Assembly: GCA_038280095.1 (NCBI GenBank)
Contig: JAYPYG010000002.1
Coordinates: 1-60,915 of the forward strand
Reading direction: 5' to 3'
Origin: Fidelibacterota bacterium
GTDB lineage: Bacteria; Fidelibacterota; Marinisomatia; Marinisomatales; Marinisomataceae
Length of the DNA stretch: 60,915 nt
Numbering within the stretch: position 1 is the stretch's first letter; every line of letters begins with the position of its first letter. This document shows, piece by piece, positions 1 to 9,626 of the stretch. The notes under the pieces are model-generated. The model was not told the origin of the DNA. It searched no databases and saw only the letters and a program-made list of their open reading frames with translations. The translations under genes were made by a program, and so were the position numbers.

Positions 1-1
1 A

Positions 2-1972
2 CCTTATGTTATCATTGAAGAGATTAATTCAAATGTTGATGAGAAAAATTGGGCAGTTACAGATTTTAATGGCGTATTTACAATTAATGCATCTAATACA
101 GCTCAATTGTCTTTTGAAAGAATAGGCTTCAAAAAGGCTTCACTTGCAATAAATGAAATCAAAGGAAAATCAATTGTATTGTTAAATGAAGATATTGAAC
201 TTGAAGCAGTTGATGTATACGGCTCTAATAATGACCAATATTTAAAAGATAAGACATCTTTAAATAATTTAGGAAGTTATTCCAGAGGTGGTTCTCTTAA
301 TCAGATTCCATCACTAGAGATGAGAACTTATGGCGGATATGCTGGTGTAACATCAGCATCATTTGATGGTGGATTTGCTAGACATACTAAAGTGCTTTTT
401 AACGGTGTTGATTTAACAGATGCAATGAATGGACAAGTAGATCTTTCTACCTTGCCATCCTTTGCCTTAAAATCTGTCAACTATAGACTGAACTCAGGGA
501 CCAAATATGGTTCTGGTTCTATAGATGGTTCGCTAAATATTAATAACAACGTAACAGAAAATAATGTGTTTTTCAGTGTTGGTGACTATGGATTTTCACA
601 ATATGGAGCAAATTATTCCATAAATAGATCAACATCAAAAAGGAATATAATGTTTGGTAAAACATCTTATGATGGTGATTATAAATTTAATGATTCAATT
701 AATGGACAAAGAATTAGGCGCTTAAATAACTATTTAGATCAATTTTTTCTAGCTGTTGATAGGCAATTTATAGTTAGAGATGATTTTATAGTAAATATGT
801 TTACTCTGAAAACTGAAAATACTCGCGGAGTAGCTGGAAGCACTAGCTTTCCATCTGATAGCGCAACGAGAACTGATGACTTTGAACTATTTGCATTATC
901 ATTTAATAAATTTTTTAAAAAAGGCTCATTAAACATTTCGATGAATAGATCAGATAACAATCAAGTTTATGATGATTCTAATGGGTCTTTTCCAACTCTT
1001 AGTGAACATAAATTAGAATATTCATTATTTAAAGTTGATGGAAAACATTCAATAAGTCCTTCATTAAATTACGAAACATCATTTGCTCAAAAAACAGAAC
1101 GCGTCGATAGCAGTGATCTTAATAGACGCGAATTAAAAACTACTTCTTATACATTATCTGGTAATTATGTTAACATTGAAAAAGACTATAAATTATCTCC
1201 ATCAGTACGATTTGATTCAAGAGAAGAAAATAAAAAATCTACATTTAACTTAGGATTTGAAGCCTTGAACCAATTTGACAATTCGAATAGTTCTTTTGAT
1301 TTTAATTTAGATGTAGGTTCTTCATTTCAATTTCCAACAATGAATGATTTGTTTTGGCCAGATGGATTATATAGTGGAGGAAACCCTGAATTAAAACCAG
1401 AAGAAAGTGATTATAAAGCTTTTTCAATTTCTAATCAATCTTCATTAGGTAAAATAAAGTTAACTGCCTCATTTAAAGACTATAGAGATTTGATAGTATG
1501 GCAACCCAATGAATCTTTTAAATACGTTCCAATTAACGTATCCTCAGCTGAAAGAACATCATATAATTTACAATACTTAAAAGAGTTTTTACGAGTGCAA
1601 ATGCAACTAACATATAATCTTTATGACTCTTTAGATAAGGATATGGATAAAAAATTACTTTATGTGCCTGATTCTTCAGCAAGCTTGCTACTTATTTTTA
1701 AACAAAATAGCTCTACTAAGTTTTCGTTAAATTATAAATTAACAGGAGATAGAATTTTACAATATGGATCTGATTGGGCAGATCAAGTAAATGATAAATC
1801 TTTTGGACTATTAAGTTTTGGATTTTCAAAAAAAATAGTAATTGGAAATAGCAAGAATATAGTTTTGGCTAATTTGACTATAGATAACCTTTTAGATGAA
1901 GAATACATCTCTACAATTGGATATCCTGAACCAGGAAGAAGTGTGAACTTTACTTTAGAGTATAAAATCTAA
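2..1972 (+). CDS. TonB-dependent outer-membrane receptor (BtuB-like), 5'-partial
   Basis: Plug-like motif HTKVLFNG..GQVDLSTLP..GSGSIDGSLNI and barrel C-terminus LTIDNLLDEEY..YPEPGRSVNFTLEYKI. The frame is open from base 2 (PYVIIEE..AVTDFNGVFTI), so the true start is upstream of the window, not the TTG at 107. Confidence 0.85.
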   Translation, partial: PYVIIEEINSNVDEKNWAVTDFNGVFTINASNTAQLSFERIGFKKASLAINEIKGKSIVLLNEDIELEAVDVYGSNNDQYLKDKTSLNNLGSYSRGGSLNQIPSLEMRTYGGYAGVTSASFDGGFARHTKVLFNGVDLTDAMNGQVDLSTLPSFALKSVNYRLNSGTKYGSGSIDGSLNINNNVTENNVFFSVGDYGFSQYGANYSINRSTSKRNIMFGKTSYDGDYKFNDSINGQRIRRLNNYLDQFFLAVDRQFIVRDDFIVNMFTLKTENTRGVAGSTSFPSDSATRTDDFELFALSFNKFFKKGSLNISMNRSDNNQVYDDSNGSFPTLSEHKLEYSLFKVDGKHSISPSLNYETSFAQKTERVDSSDLNRRELKTTSYTLSGNYVNIEKDYKLSPSVRFDSREENKKSTFNLGFEALNQFDNSNSSFDFNLDVGSSFQFPTMNDLFWPDGLYSGGNPELKPEESDYKAFSISNQSSLGKIKLTASFKDYRDLIVWQPNESFKYVPINVSSAERTSYNLQYLKEFLRVQMQLTYNLYDSLDKDMDKKLLYVPDSSASLLLIFKQNSSTKFSLNYKLTGDRILQYGSDWADQVNDKSFGLLSFGFSKKIVIGNSKNIVLANLTIDNLLDEEYISTIGYPEPGRSVNFTLEYKI

Positions 1973-3594
1973 TCGTCAAATTCCCAGATAACACCAAATG
2001 TTAATAGGCTACTCATTGGGTCAAAATATTCATGATTTCTTAATGAGTAGTTTTCGTCTGTGCTGAACTTATTCAATGCATTTTGAAGTCTAACAGTAAG
2101 TATTACATCAGATATTGAAATATCAGCATTTAAAGAAATATTAATATAATCATCATAATCTATATTATTTCTTCTTTCTGGCATATTTTTAAAATAATTA
2201 AAACTCATTTCAGAATTATTTTTTGACATGTATTCTAAGCTCAGCTTTCCATTTACCCCCAGATTATTTTTGACCAATGATAAATCATATAAATAATCAA
2301 GTCTGAGAATATGCTTTCTATTTGAACTTATTAGACTATCATAAAAATTATAAGAATGATTAAAATTTAACGATCCATACTGCAATGGAATTTTAAAGTT
2401 TGATTGAATAGACATCATATTATCATCAATAAACTCATATCTATCAGATTCTGGAATGATAACCTCTCCCAATTCAATCGGTACAATAACATTATTAGCT
2501 TCAACATACTTCAAAGAAGCTGAGAAATCTATTTTGGTATTAAAATAATATGTAAGTGATAAGTTTTTCCATTCTTCAACTTTATTTCCTCTAAATCTTC
2601 CCTTACCATCAAAATCATAAACATCAAAAAGAACCATCGAATGCTGATTCCTTGTTTTAAAAACTACATCAAGATTTCCAAATATATTTTTATAGTATAT
2701 ATTTGGCTTGACACTGTCTTCAATTAAATCAATGCCATAAACAATTTCACCAACTGGATAGGAACTTCCTTTAGACGTTGGAAAGTTATTAATTTGTGTA
2801 GTGACGGTTAAGGCATTCAAAGAAAATCCATTTGAAGATCTTTCATCAAAATAATAACTATTATTAAGAACAACATTTAGAGCTAAGAAGTTATTTTTTT
2901 GAATTGAAGCTTTCAATCTATTTCTCTCTAAATCATATTTATTATTAATCGCATATTCATTAAGAAGTAAGGATTCAAATTTACTTACGTGATTTAATTG
3001 TAAATCAAAATTGTAATCATTTTTAATAAATTTATTTCCAATTGTTAGTGATAAAAAATCGGAAAATTCACTATTTAAAGACGAGTCAAACTCAGTAGAG
3101 TTAAAGTTAAATTGTGATTCTTCCCTAAAGTATCCAACAGAAGAATACAGTTTATTTTTATCAAATTTTTTTGAATAATCAAATTGATAAAATAAACTTA
3201 ATGGAGGATTTTCCGCATTTGAAAATTCTGAATACTGACCAAAATAACTTTTCTTTGATCCTGAAAATTGAAATGTTTCATTAGGAGAGTGTTTTTTTAA
3301 TCCAACGCTCAATTTATCATATCCATAATCACCAAATTCATAAATGAATTTACTTTTCACATAAGATGAATCTTTTGGAAGTGCTTCAAAGTTTAATTTC
3401 TCAAATTTATTCTTAAAATTCTTAGTAGATCTATCAATCAACAAATTGTTAAATGATATATCAGAATTCCAAATAAGCTGATTGTTTTCCAAAGGGACTG
3501 CAAATTGTTTAGAGATATCAAAAGGAATACTTTCTTGTGTAAAAACAATGGAAGCTAGAAAAGAAAGTGAAACATAAAATTTTTTATGATTCAT
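1969..3594 (-). CDS. Putative outer-membrane beta-barrel protein (putative porin)
   Basis: Signal peptide, amphipathic strands, C-terminal LLTFGVIWEFDD resembling FCB-group putative porins. Confidence 0.55.
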   Translation of the reverse strand: MNHKKFYVSLSFLASIVFTQESIPFDISKQFAVPLENNQLIWNSDISFNNLLIDRSTKNFKNKFEKLNFEALPKDSSYVKSKFIYEFGDYGYDKLSVGLKKHSPNETFQFSGSKKSYFGQYSEFSNAENPPLSLFYQFDYSKKFDKNKLYSSVGYFREESQFNFNSTEFDSSLNSEFSDFLSLTIGNKFIKNDYNFDLQLNHVSKFESLLLNEYAINNKYDLERNRLKASIQKNNFLALNVVLNNSYYFDERSSNGFSLNALTVTTQINNFPTSKGSSYPVGEIVYGIDLIEDSVKPNIYYKNIFGNLDVVFKTRNQHSMVLFDVYDFDGKGRFRGNKVEEWKNLSLTYYFNTKIDFSASLKYVEANNVIVPIELGEVIIPESDRYEFIDDNMMSIQSNFKIPLQYGSLNFNHSYNFYDSLISSNRKHILRLDYLYDLSLVKNNLGVNGKLSLEYMSKNNSEMSFNYFKNMPERRNNIDYDDYINISLNADISISDVILTVRLQNALNKFSTDENYSLRNHEYFDPMSSLLTFGVIWEFDD

Positions 3595-4465
3595 CTCTTC
3601 TCATAAAATTAATTTTAGAATCTATAAAATTGATAGAATGTAATAGTATTGCTTCAAGCGTTTGAGGCTCTACAGGGCTTTGCCACTCTTTTCTTCCTTG
3701 ATACGATAAAATTAAATGTTCTAAACTAAGCTTATCATCTTCTGGAAAATTTTTAACTTCAGAAATATATTTATTAACAATATCTCTTGAAAGTATAGCA
3801 TTTCCAACTAAAGATTTATGATTTGATTTAGAGATTGAAGAACCAAGATTAATAGAATAAAGCTTACCAATCTGATGAAGGCATACTCCAGATATTAATA
3901 AATCTATATCAATATCATAATGTGAACCAACTTGCTTTGCAATTTTTAAAAGTGATACTGTTTGCTCAATTAAACCATTTTGATAATTGTAATGATATGA
4001 GATGCTAGCAGGATAAACTTTAAACTTTTCCTTATGGTCTCTTAAGATATTTTTTGTGACTTTTTTCAAATGGTTCTTTGAAATTAAGTTTACTTCTTTA
4101 GTCAATTCTTTCCATAGTTCACTTGGATTTTTTTTAGAAGTTGGAATCAAGTCAGATGCTTCGAATCCATATTTTTTATATTTTTTCTCATTAGCACGAG
4201 AAATATTATCAATTTTGATTAATACATTTTCTCCATATTGATATGTTACACCTTTTACAGCTACGGGATCTCCATTACTAAACTTTTTAGAAAGTTTTTG
4301 AACATTATCCCATATTCGTGCTCTAATTAAACCCGACTTATCTTGCAAAAGTAAATTTAAATAGGTTGAACCGTCTTTTTTCTTCAGTGATTTTTTTTCT
4401 AAACATAAATAGAATCCTTGGAGCTTCATATCAGCAACCATGTTTGAAATAAGAATGGATTTCAT
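3584..4465 (-). CDS. YhaM/Cbf1-like OB-fold + HD-domain protein with a degenerate catalytic site
   Basis: OB fold (YLNLLLQDKSGLIRARIWD) and YhaM-type C-terminal motifs (PAS..H, LH.IGK, HLILS..G..EW.SP..P.T.EA.LLH). Start moved to the ATG at 4465. Confidence 0.85.
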   Translation of the reverse strand: MKSILISNMVADMKLQGFYLCLEKKSLKKKDGSTYLNLLLQDKSGLIRARIWDNVQKLSKKFSNGDPVAVKGVTYQYGENVLIKIDNISRANEKKYKKYGFEASDLIPTSKKNPSELWKELTKEVNLISKNHLKKVTKNILRDHKEKFKVYPASISYHYNYQNGLIEQTVSLLKIAKQVGSHYDIDIDLLISGVCLHQIGKLYSINLGSSISKSNHKSLVGNAILSRDIVNKYISEVKNFPEDDKLSLEHLILSYQGRKEWQSPVEPQTLEAILLHSINFIDSKINFMRRDES

Positions 4466-4469
4466 CTTA

Positions 4470-4934
4470 TTAATTTTTTGAATGTGCACAATTGCTATCT
4501 TTGCAAGTACCAGATAATTGATGTACGCGTTTTGTAAGGCTCATATTTAAGTCATCAGCAATTTTCTTTTCGATTGAGGGAATTTTATTATCATAAAATT
4601 CAAATATTTCTCCGCAATCTTCGCAGACAATATGATCATGATTTGGAGTAATTGTTTTTTTATTGTGCTCATAAAGAAATTTTCCGCTATCTAAAGTTAT
4701 TTTCTTTAAAAGATTATGTTTTACAAATACATCAATTGTTCTATATAATGTGGCTCTTGAAACATTAATTTTCTTTTTTTTGAGATCGCTAAGAATGGTT
4801 TCAATATCACGATGACTATCTGTAGAACAAAGCTCATCCCAAATGTCAAGCCTTTGTTTAGTAGCTCTCAACCCTTCGCTTTTGAGGACGGCTTCAACTT
4901 CTATATGAAATCTACATGGTATTAAATTCTGCAT
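4470..4934 (-). CDS. fur: Fur-family transcriptional regulator
   Basis: GLRATKQR, VSRATLYRTI, YE, HDHIVCEDCG..EF. The cognate metal (Fur/Zur/PerR) is not determined. Confidence 0.9.
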   Translation of the reverse strand: MQNLIPCRFHIEVEAVLKSEGLRATKQRLDIWDELCSTDSHRDIETILSDLKKKKINVSRATLYRTIDVFVKHNLLKKITLDSGKFLYEHNKKTITPNHDHIVCEDCGEIFEFYDNKIPSIEKKIADDLNMSLTKRVHQLSGTCKDSNCAHSKN

Positions 4935-4960
4935 ACATCAAATTACACTAAATTGATTTT

Positions 4961-7126
4961 TTAATCTATTTTTTTTAAACGAGCGTACTTAACAATTAAT
5001 TTTTTTCTTAAACCACCATCAAATTCAACACCAACTTTTTGATTTTCACCTGAACCACTCAAAACAAGAATGGTGCCTATTCCAAAGAGATTATGTTGAA
5101 CTTGATCTCCAATTTTAAAGTCATCAAACTCTGTAACTGTTCTTGAAATTTGAATTTTTTTCTGTTCTCCAGTACCAACAATTCTTCGAGTATAAACTGA
5201 TTTATAAGATTTAACTTTTATAACATCTTCATCAATTTCATTTAAAAAATCTGATTGAACAAATGATGTGGTATTCATAGCTCCAAATCTTCTTCTGTAT
5301 TTTGCATTTAAAAGATATACCTGATCCATAGCTCTTGTCACCGCAACATAAAACAACCTTCTTTCTTCTTCCATTTGATCGGGTCCATCATCAATTCTAA
5401 CTAGCGGAAAAAGCCCTTGTTCAAGTCCAGCAATAAATACTGTTGGAAATTCAAGACCTTTTGCTGCATGCACTGTCATTAGTGTAATAGAATTATCTTT
5501 ATCATCCCATTCGTCAATATCAGTAAACAGGGAAATCTCTTGAAGAAAGTCTCTTAAATTCCCGCCAACTTGATCAGAAAATTTATCGACTGATGCTTTA
5601 AGCTCTTGGATATTATCATATCGATCTTGTTCAACAGGATTGTTTTTATAATAATTTTCAATATTAAACTCTTCTAATAAAGTTCTTAATAACTCCTTAG
5701 GGTCAAGTGTTTCTAGCAGGCTACTGAATTTTTTAATCGAGGCTAGAAAACTTTCAATTGAATCTTGTTGTTTCCCTCTCAATTTCAAATCTCTAGAAAA
5801 TTCTAAACTATCAAAAAGTGAAATTTTCTTTTTGGATGCTAACTCAACAAACATTTTTATTGATTTTTCTCCGATGCCTCTTACAGGAAAATTAATGATA
5901 CGCCTAAGAGCTACATCATCATTACTATTTGCCACCAAAGTTAAATATGCTAACACGTCTTTAATTTCTTTCCTATCATAGAATTTCGTCCCACCTACAA
6001 TATTATATGGGATTCCTTCTTTTACCATTGCTTGCTCAATGGATCTTGACTGTGCATTGGTTCTGTATAAAACGGCAAAGTCTTTAAAAGTACTTTTATT
6101 AATTTTTATTTCAGACTTAATTGCATCGCATATAGCATTTGATTCTTCTTCATCACTTCCAGTGGAAATCAGTGAAATCTTTTCTCCCTTTCCTCTTGTT
6201 GCTTCCAATTTCTTTTCAGCTCTATTTTTATTATTAGAAACAACAGACCAAGCTCCATCAAGAATACGTTGAGTTGATCTATAATTTTTTTCAAGCTTAA
6301 TCTCAATATTTTTTGAGAATGTATCCTGAAAGTTGGTAAGAATATTATCAATATTAGCTCCTCTCCAACCATAAATGGATTGATCATCATCACCAACTAC
6401 AGTAATATTTTGATGTTTTCCAGCTAATAAAGATACAATTTCAAATTGCGGTGAATTGGTATCTTGAAATTCATCAACTAATACATATTTCCATGTGCTT
6501 TGATAAAAATTCAAAATTTTAGCATTTTCTTTTAACAATCGAATTGGGAGCAGAATTAAATCATTAAAATCTAGTGCATTGTTAGATTTTAATTTTTCAC
6601 AATATGCCTTATAAACCTCAACAATTTTTTCATCCTCAAATGTTTGAGCTTTGGATTCTACATCTTTAATTGAAAGATTATCATTTTTAAACTTATCAAT
6701 TTGAACTTTCAAGAAACCGACGTTGAGCTCTTTAAATTCAGAAAGATTCAAATTTTCAACAACCTCTTTGATAACAGATTTTTGATCGGAAGTATCGTAA
6801 ATAGTAAAGTTAGAATTATATCCTTCATCTAATGAAGAAATATGCATTCTTAACATGCGAGCACCTATAGAATGAAATGTTCCAACATTTACTCCATCAC
6901 AAGATATGCTTTCTTGAATTCTTAATTTCATTTCTGCAGCGGCTTTATTGGTGAAGGTTAATGCTAATATTTCTTCTGGTTTAAAAAGCTTTTCTTTGAT
7001 TAAATGCCAAACTTTATAAGTAAGTACTCTTGTTTTTCCACTTCCTGCTCCTGCAAACACTAGAACAGGTTTATTTACTGTTTGGACTGCTTTTAGTTGT
7101 TGAGTATTTAAATCTTGTAACTTCAT
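4961..7126 (-). CDS. pcrA: ATP-dependent DNA helicase PcrA/UvrD
   Basis: AGAGSGKT, VDEFQDTN, VGDDDQSIYGWRGA, NYRST, TVHAAKGLEF, EERRLFYVAVTRA, C-terminal Tudor-like domain. Confidence 0.97.
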   Translation of the reverse strand: MKLQDLNTQQLKAVQTVNKPVLVFAGAGSGKTRVLTYKVWHLIKEKLFKPEEILALTFTNKAAAEMKLRIQESISCDGVNVGTFHSIGARMLRMHISSLDEGYNSNFTIYDTSDQKSVIKEVVENLNLSEFKELNVGFLKVQIDKFKNDNLSIKDVESKAQTFEDEKIVEVYKAYCEKLKSNNALDFNDLILLPIRLLKENAKILNFYQSTWKYVLVDEFQDTNSPQFEIVSLLAGKHQNITVVGDDDQSIYGWRGANIDNILTNFQDTFSKNIEIKLEKNYRSTQRILDGAWSVVSNNKNRAEKKLEATRGKGEKISLISTGSDEEESNAICDAIKSEIKINKSTFKDFAVLYRTNAQSRSIEQAMVKEGIPYNIVGGTKFYDRKEIKDVLAYLTLVANSNDDVALRRIINFPVRGIGEKSIKMFVELASKKKISLFDSLEFSRDLKLRGKQQDSIESFLASIKKFSSLLETLDPKELLRTLLEEFNIENYYKNNPVEQDRYDNIQELKASVDKFSDQVGGNLRDFLQEISLFTDIDEWDDKDNSITLMTVHAAKGLEFPTVFIAGLEQGLFPLVRIDDGPDQMEEERRLFYVAVTRAMDQVYLLNAKYRRRFGAMNTTSFVQSDFLNEIDEDVIKVKSYKSVYTRRIVGTGEQKKIQISRTVTEFDDFKIGDQVQHNLFGIGTILVLSGSGENQKVGVEFDGGLRKKLIVKYARLKKID

Positions 7127-8112
7127 CTATTCTTTCTTTTGTTAATTTTATAAATCCTTTTTGCCTCTTCATGATCTTTTTCATTCGTTGTAAATGCATG
7201 CGACCCATCTCCTTGTGCAACAAAAAATAAGAAATTGGTATCTTCAGGATATAATGCTGCTTTAATTGATGCAATGCCTGGGTTATTTATTGGCCCAGGA
7301 GGCAACCCATAATTCTGATACGTATTGTAATCAGACTTAATTCTTAAATCTCTATTAGATAATGTTTTTGGAGGACCTGGTATTATATATTGTATCGTTG
7401 GGTCGGCTTGTAGTTTCATATTAATTTTTAATCTATTATGATATACTGAAGAAATTGTACTACGCTCACTATCAAGCATCGCTTCTCCTTCAATAATCGA
7501 CGCCAAAGTTACAACTTCATGTACCGAAAATCCTAATTGATTCGCTCTATCTTGTAAATTTTCATCAAATTTTTTCCAAAATTCTGACAACAAAATATCT
7601 ATAATTTCTTCTGGAGATGAATCATGATATAAATAATATGTATCTGGATAAAGATAACCTTCAAGCGATGAAGCATCCACTTTATATTGTTCTAAAATCT
7701 CAGTTGAATTAAAATATTTATTAAAATCATAATCTGTATTCAATAATATATTAATATCTTTGAAGAGATTCTTTGATTGTGAACCTTCCGGTATTGTTAG
7801 TTTTAATTTTATTGGACCTTTATTAAAAATGAGATCAATTAATATAGCGTCTGATACCTTTCCATCAATTAAAAATCTACCGGTTGGGATCTTTGATGCC
7901 AACCCTCTGGTGATAACTTTAAGCTTAAATATATTTTGATTTACTATAATTTCATTTTCCAATAATAAACGAGAAACTGAATTCAATGACATCCCTTTTT
8001 CAATAGTTATGATAGATAAATTTATTTCACGATTATTAACTGAAAGCATACTTGTAACAAAAATAATAAGTATTGTTATTGCTATAGATAAGGTAGTATT
8101 TATTTCTTTCAT
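7123..8112 (-). CDS. mltG: Endolytic transglycosylase MltG
   Basis: N-terminal TM, LEGYLYPDTY, LASIIEGEA, LQADPT, YNTY..GLPPGPINNPG. Confidence 0.95.
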   Translation of the reverse strand: MKEINTTLSIAITILIIFVTSMLSVNNREINLSIITIEKGMSLNSVSRLLLENEIIVNQNIFKLKVITRGLASKIPTGRFLIDGKVSDAILIDLIFNKGPIKLKLTIPEGSQSKNLFKDINILLNTDYDFNKYFNSTEILEQYKVDASSLEGYLYPDTYYLYHDSSPEEIIDILLSEFWKKFDENLQDRANQLGFSVHEVVTLASIIEGEAMLDSERSTISSVYHNRLKINMKLQADPTIQYIIPGPPKTLSNRDLRIKSDYNTYQNYGLPPGPINNPGIASIKAALYPEDTNFLFFVAQGDGSHAFTTNEKDHEEAKRIYKINKRKNR

Positions 8113-8205
8113 CTGAGGGCTAGAAATTACCTTATTTCTTATTTCAAATCAATGGATGTAATAATATTTTTGCAAACAACAATTATCGCAACTAACTTTC
8201 CAATT

Positions 8206-8421
8206 ATGGAAAACAAAAATAAAAAAACTTTACGGTTTTCATGGCCATACAAAAGAAAAAATTATGTTTTGTTTGGTGTTGGAGTTTTCGTTATAATTGT
8301 GGGTTATTTGATAATGTATTCAGGAGAAGTAGATAGTTTTCAAAGCTTAGTTATTTCTCCACTACTTTTATTAGCTGGCTATTTGGTTATAATTCCAATG
8401 GCTTTGTTAAGTAAAAAATAA
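8206..8421 (+). CDS. Small membrane protein, DUF3098-like
   Basis: Two TM segments, K.NY.LF.VG..VI.VGY..M and .SPLLLL.GY pattern. Start taken at ATG 8206 (the ORF track gives 8152). Confidence 0.7.
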   Translation: MENKNKKTLRFSWPYKRKNYVLFGVGVFVIIVGYLIMYSGEVDSFQSLVISPLLLLAGYLVIIPMALLSKK

Positions 8422-8424
8422 TTT

Positions 8425-8498
<74 letters not shown>

Positions 8499-8507
8499 CA
8501 ACTTTCA

Positions 8508-9587
8508 ATGAAAAAAATTTTCCAAGTAGGTGCTGGTCTTGTAGGAAAAACAATGGCACTTGATTTATCCAAAAATTATGAGCTTCATCTTGGTGACACC
8601 AATTTAGATTTGTTAAATGAAATCAAATATGAAGATCAATCAATACATATACAAAAAATAGATATTCAAGATAAAGGAAATTTTCGCACATGGATAGCTG
8701 ATGCTGATATCGTACTTTTGGCTGTTCCAGGATTTTTAGGATTTGAAGCTTTACGTTCAATTATAGAGTGTGGAAAAAATGTTGTTGATATATCTTTTTC
8801 TCCAGAAAATGTTCTTTCGCTTAACGATTTGGCAATAGAAAATGATGTTTGTGCCGTTGTAGATGCAGGTGTAGCTCCAGGTATACCAAATTTTTTACTT
8901 GGATATTGGAATGAAAAAATTAAAGTGAATTCCTTTGATTATATGGTAGGAGGCTTACCAAAAAATCCATCACCTCCATATAATTACAAAGCTCCATTTT
9001 CTCCCATAGATGTCATTGAAGAATATACTCGACCTGCAAGAATGATGATTAATTCTAAAGTGGAAATGAAACCTGCGCTATCAGAGATTGAAGAGTTTGA
9101 AATAGATGATGTAGGAATGTTAGAAGCATTCAATACTGACGGTCTGCGTTCATTATTAACTACAATGTCACACATACCAAATATGAAAGAAAAAACCTTA
9201 AGATACCCTGGACATGCTTCATTAATACAATCAATGATCGATAGAAATTTATTTGATAAAAATAATTTTGACCATACAGTTAAAAAATTATTTACTGAAT
9301 GGAAACTAGAAAATCATGAACCAGAATTTACAGTGCTTGATATAAATATTTATGGGGAACAAAATATCCATTATCATCTTTATGATGAAATGGATATGCT
9401 TTCAAAATTTTCTTCAATGGCTCGAACAACTGGATTTACAGCTACTGCAACAATCAACATGCTATTAAATAATCTTTGGTCAAAAAAAGGTGTTTCCCCT
9501 CCTGAGGTTGTTGGCGCTAATGAGTCTTGTATTAATTTTCTCTTTGAATACCTATCATCGAGAAATGTAAAAATAATACAATCTTAA
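8508..9587 (+). CDS. Saccharopine dehydrogenase / lysine 6-dehydrogenase family protein
   Basis: GAGLVG Rossmann motif, DAGVAPG, VGGLP, FSP.DVIEEY, LEAFNTDGLRSL, EKTLRYPGH, MARTTG. Confidence 0.88.
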   Translation: MKKIFQVGAGLVGKTMALDLSKNYELHLGDTNLDLLNEIKYEDQSIHIQKIDIQDKGNFRTWIADADIVLLAVPGFLGFEALRSIIECGKNVVDISFSPENVLSLNDLAIENDVCAVVDAGVAPGIPNFLLGYWNEKIKVNSFDYMVGGLPKNPSPPYNYKAPFSPIDVIEEYTRPARMMINSKVEMKPALSEIEEFEIDDVGMLEAFNTDGLRSLLTTMSHIPNMKEKTLRYPGHASLIQSMIDRNLFDKNNFDHTVKKLFTEWKLENHEPEFTVLDINIYGEQNIHYHLYDEMDMLSKFSSMARTTGFTATATINMLLNNLWSKKGVSPPEVVGANESCINFLFEYLSSRNVKIIQS

Positions 9588-9626
9588 AACATTATAGATA
9601 CTTTGATATAATTTATTTATATCAAA

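Noticed and set aside
8553-8570. TGGCAC as a possible sigma54 -24 box
   Set aside because: It lies inside a CDS and has no TTGC at -12.
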